Of a DNA stretch of 64,000 nt, positions 62,889 through 64,000 are shown in pieces. Each line of letters begins with the position of its first letter. Position 1 is the first letter of the stretch. The notes below the pieces were generated by a model. That model worked only from the letters and a program-made list of their open reading frames with translations, was not told where the DNA came from and searched no databases. Source of the stretch: a virus (taxonomy: Duplodnaviria; Caudoviricetes). The stretch spans positions 1,279 through 65,278 of the IMG/VR virus record IMGVR_UViG_3300044712_001509. The stretch is one strand, 5' to 3'. The position numbers and the translations under genes are program-made.

Positions 62889-63362
62889 ATGGTGCCGATT
62901 CATGCCTCAACCTCGACCGTCAGCGACCGGCAGGAGTTGACGCCGAACGCTCCGGGGCGCGCACCGCCGGTGCAGCGACGCCTCCGCGGCGTCATCGGCG
63001 AGAGCTACGAGGACGCCGGAGCCTACATCCACGCGGCCCTGTGGGAGGACATCGACTCGACCGGCTTCTCCGACGACGACCTCGCCGACCGGACCGGCAT
63101 CAGCGGCGCGCAACTCTCCCGGATCCGCACCCGCCAGGCCCACGCCCCCGACAAGCTCGTCACCTGGGCGATCGACAACAGCCGCCACCGACCCCCGCGC
63201 TACGTGGTCGCCGTCTGCACCGTCGCCGAGGGTGAGTTCAAGCCGAAGCCGCCGCCGTCCGTCGAGGACCGGCACGCGGCGACGCTCGAGGTGCTCCACG
63301 ACATGGGCATCGAAGAGGTCGTCCGGGAGCGCGTCACGAAGATGCTCGGGAGGAACCGATGA
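62889..63362 (+). CDS. CII-like HTH regulator
   Basis: DDLADRTGISGAQLSRIR; follows the Cro-like gene. Confidence 0.65.
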   Translation: MVPIHASTSTVSDRQELTPNAPGRAPPVQRRLRGVIGESYEDAGAYIHAALWEDIDSTGFSDDDLADRTGISGAQLSRIRTRQAHAPDKLVTWAIDNSRHRPPRYVVAVCTVAEGEFKPKPPPSVEDRHAATLEVLHDMGIEEVVRERVTKMLGRNR

Positions 63363-63634
63363 GAGCCCTCCGCCTCGCCGTCGCTCTCGCGCTGTCCATG
63401 GTCGGTCTACGGCTCCTGACGTGGGGCGAGCGCCTCTCCCGGGCGCTGGTTCGCGAACCGCGAACGGAGGTCCGGCGGTACACCGTGAATGGGGTCCGGC
63501 TCGATGAGTTCACGCTCGAGTACGAGGCGCACCTGACCGTGGAGCAGAAGGCCGCCGCCGACTTCGCCGTCGAGTTCCGGAACCGGATGCACTCCCTCCG
63601 TCGCCCGACCCTCATCCCGGAGGCGCGGGCGTGA
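63359..63634 (+). CDS. Hypothetical protein
   Basis: GGAGG RBS; ATGA coupling. Confidence 0.55.
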   Translation: MRALRLAVALALSMVGLRLLTWGERLSRALVREPRTEVRRYTVNGVRLDEFTLEYEAHLTVEQKAAADFAVEFRNRMHSLRRPTLIPEARA

Positions 63635-63806
63635 GCGACTTCTTCGACTGCGTCCCCGAGTTCGCGCGCGCCGAGTTCGCACAGGAGCACGCACGCCCCC
63701 GGCGAGAGGATGCGCCCGCGGTGCGCGCGTCGGTAGTCCCGCGGGCGGGTGATTACCCGTGCTGGCCGCCGTTCGCCTCCCTCGCCGCCGCATCCCTTCT
63801 CAGCAT

Positions 63807-63891
63807 GGTGTCGCCGCGGATCCCCCCCGCGGCGATCACCCGGGCAGAGCCGTCGCCGCGCCCCCCCCTCCCAGCGGCGACGGCTCGCCCG
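63807..63891 (+). other. Two adjacent GC-rich hairpins with C-rich loops
   Basis: GGTG-TCGCCGCGG / CCGCGGCGA-T-CACC and CGGGC-A-GAGCCGTCGCCGC / GCGGCGACGGCTC-GCCCG. Confidence 0.55.
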
Positions 63892-64000
63892 TCTTCTCTC
63901 GCGCCACCCGACACCGGCTCGCCTCCGGGTCTGTCGTCTCCCCGTCGGGGTGGAACCGCGACACCGGCCCGCGGGGCGCGGGATGGCCGGCTCTCTTCGC

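Larger units (their letters stand above)
1..64000. mobile_element. Temperate myovirus genome (Mu-like head, contractile tail, tyrosine integrase), apparently in excised/non-integrated form
   Basis: Terminases, portal, capsid, sheath, baseplate, lysis, integrase and immunity modules all present; no host housekeeping genes; attP flanked by phage genes on both sides. Confidence 0.95.

Noticed and set aside
63948-63960. T-box riboswitch motif GGGTGGAACCGCG
   Set aside because: Downstream bases do not form the antiterminator helix, no Stem I is seen, and there is no amino-acid gene context.
1-64000. CRISPR array, diversity-generating retroelement or retron
   Set aside because: No regularly spaced repeat-spacer series, no reverse transcriptase motifs and no TR/VR pair noticed by eye.

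Overview
Nearly complete genome of a temperate, contractile-tailed phage of very high GC. The host is inferred to be a myxobacterium or Anaeromyxobacter-like Deltaproteobacterium, from GC, codon usage and captured secreted domains; this is not proven. Gene order: late replication/recombination genes (DNA methyltransferase, HNH, DUF1376 initiator, RusA); terminases; Mu-like head (portal, gpF, protease, gpT capsid) interrupted by a nucleotide-metabolism cluster and an accessory island; myovirus tail and baseplate; lysis cassette; an 11-kb module of signal-peptide-bearing fibre/depolymerase genes; a small acr-aca-like operon; an unsplit attP with a tRNA 3' half; tyrosine integrase and Xis; a long leftward early operon; and a lambda-like immunity switch. 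The strongest candidate for an undescribed system is the late, Sec-exported fibre module at 35.7-46.4 kb. Its parts resemble phage fibre subunit, repeat-scaffold and BppU-like adaptor proteins, yet nearly all carry signal peptides, and polysaccharide lyase and esterase domains are strung between 22-aa repeats. Also notable: a holin fused through an internal signal sequence to a predicted outer-membrane beta-barrel, an XRE-HTH fused to the portal, a four-copy late promoter motif feeding leaderless GTG starts, and an identical 24-nt ANGGA-hairpin leader behind two distant promoters. All family assignments come from recognising motifs by eye; no searches were run.
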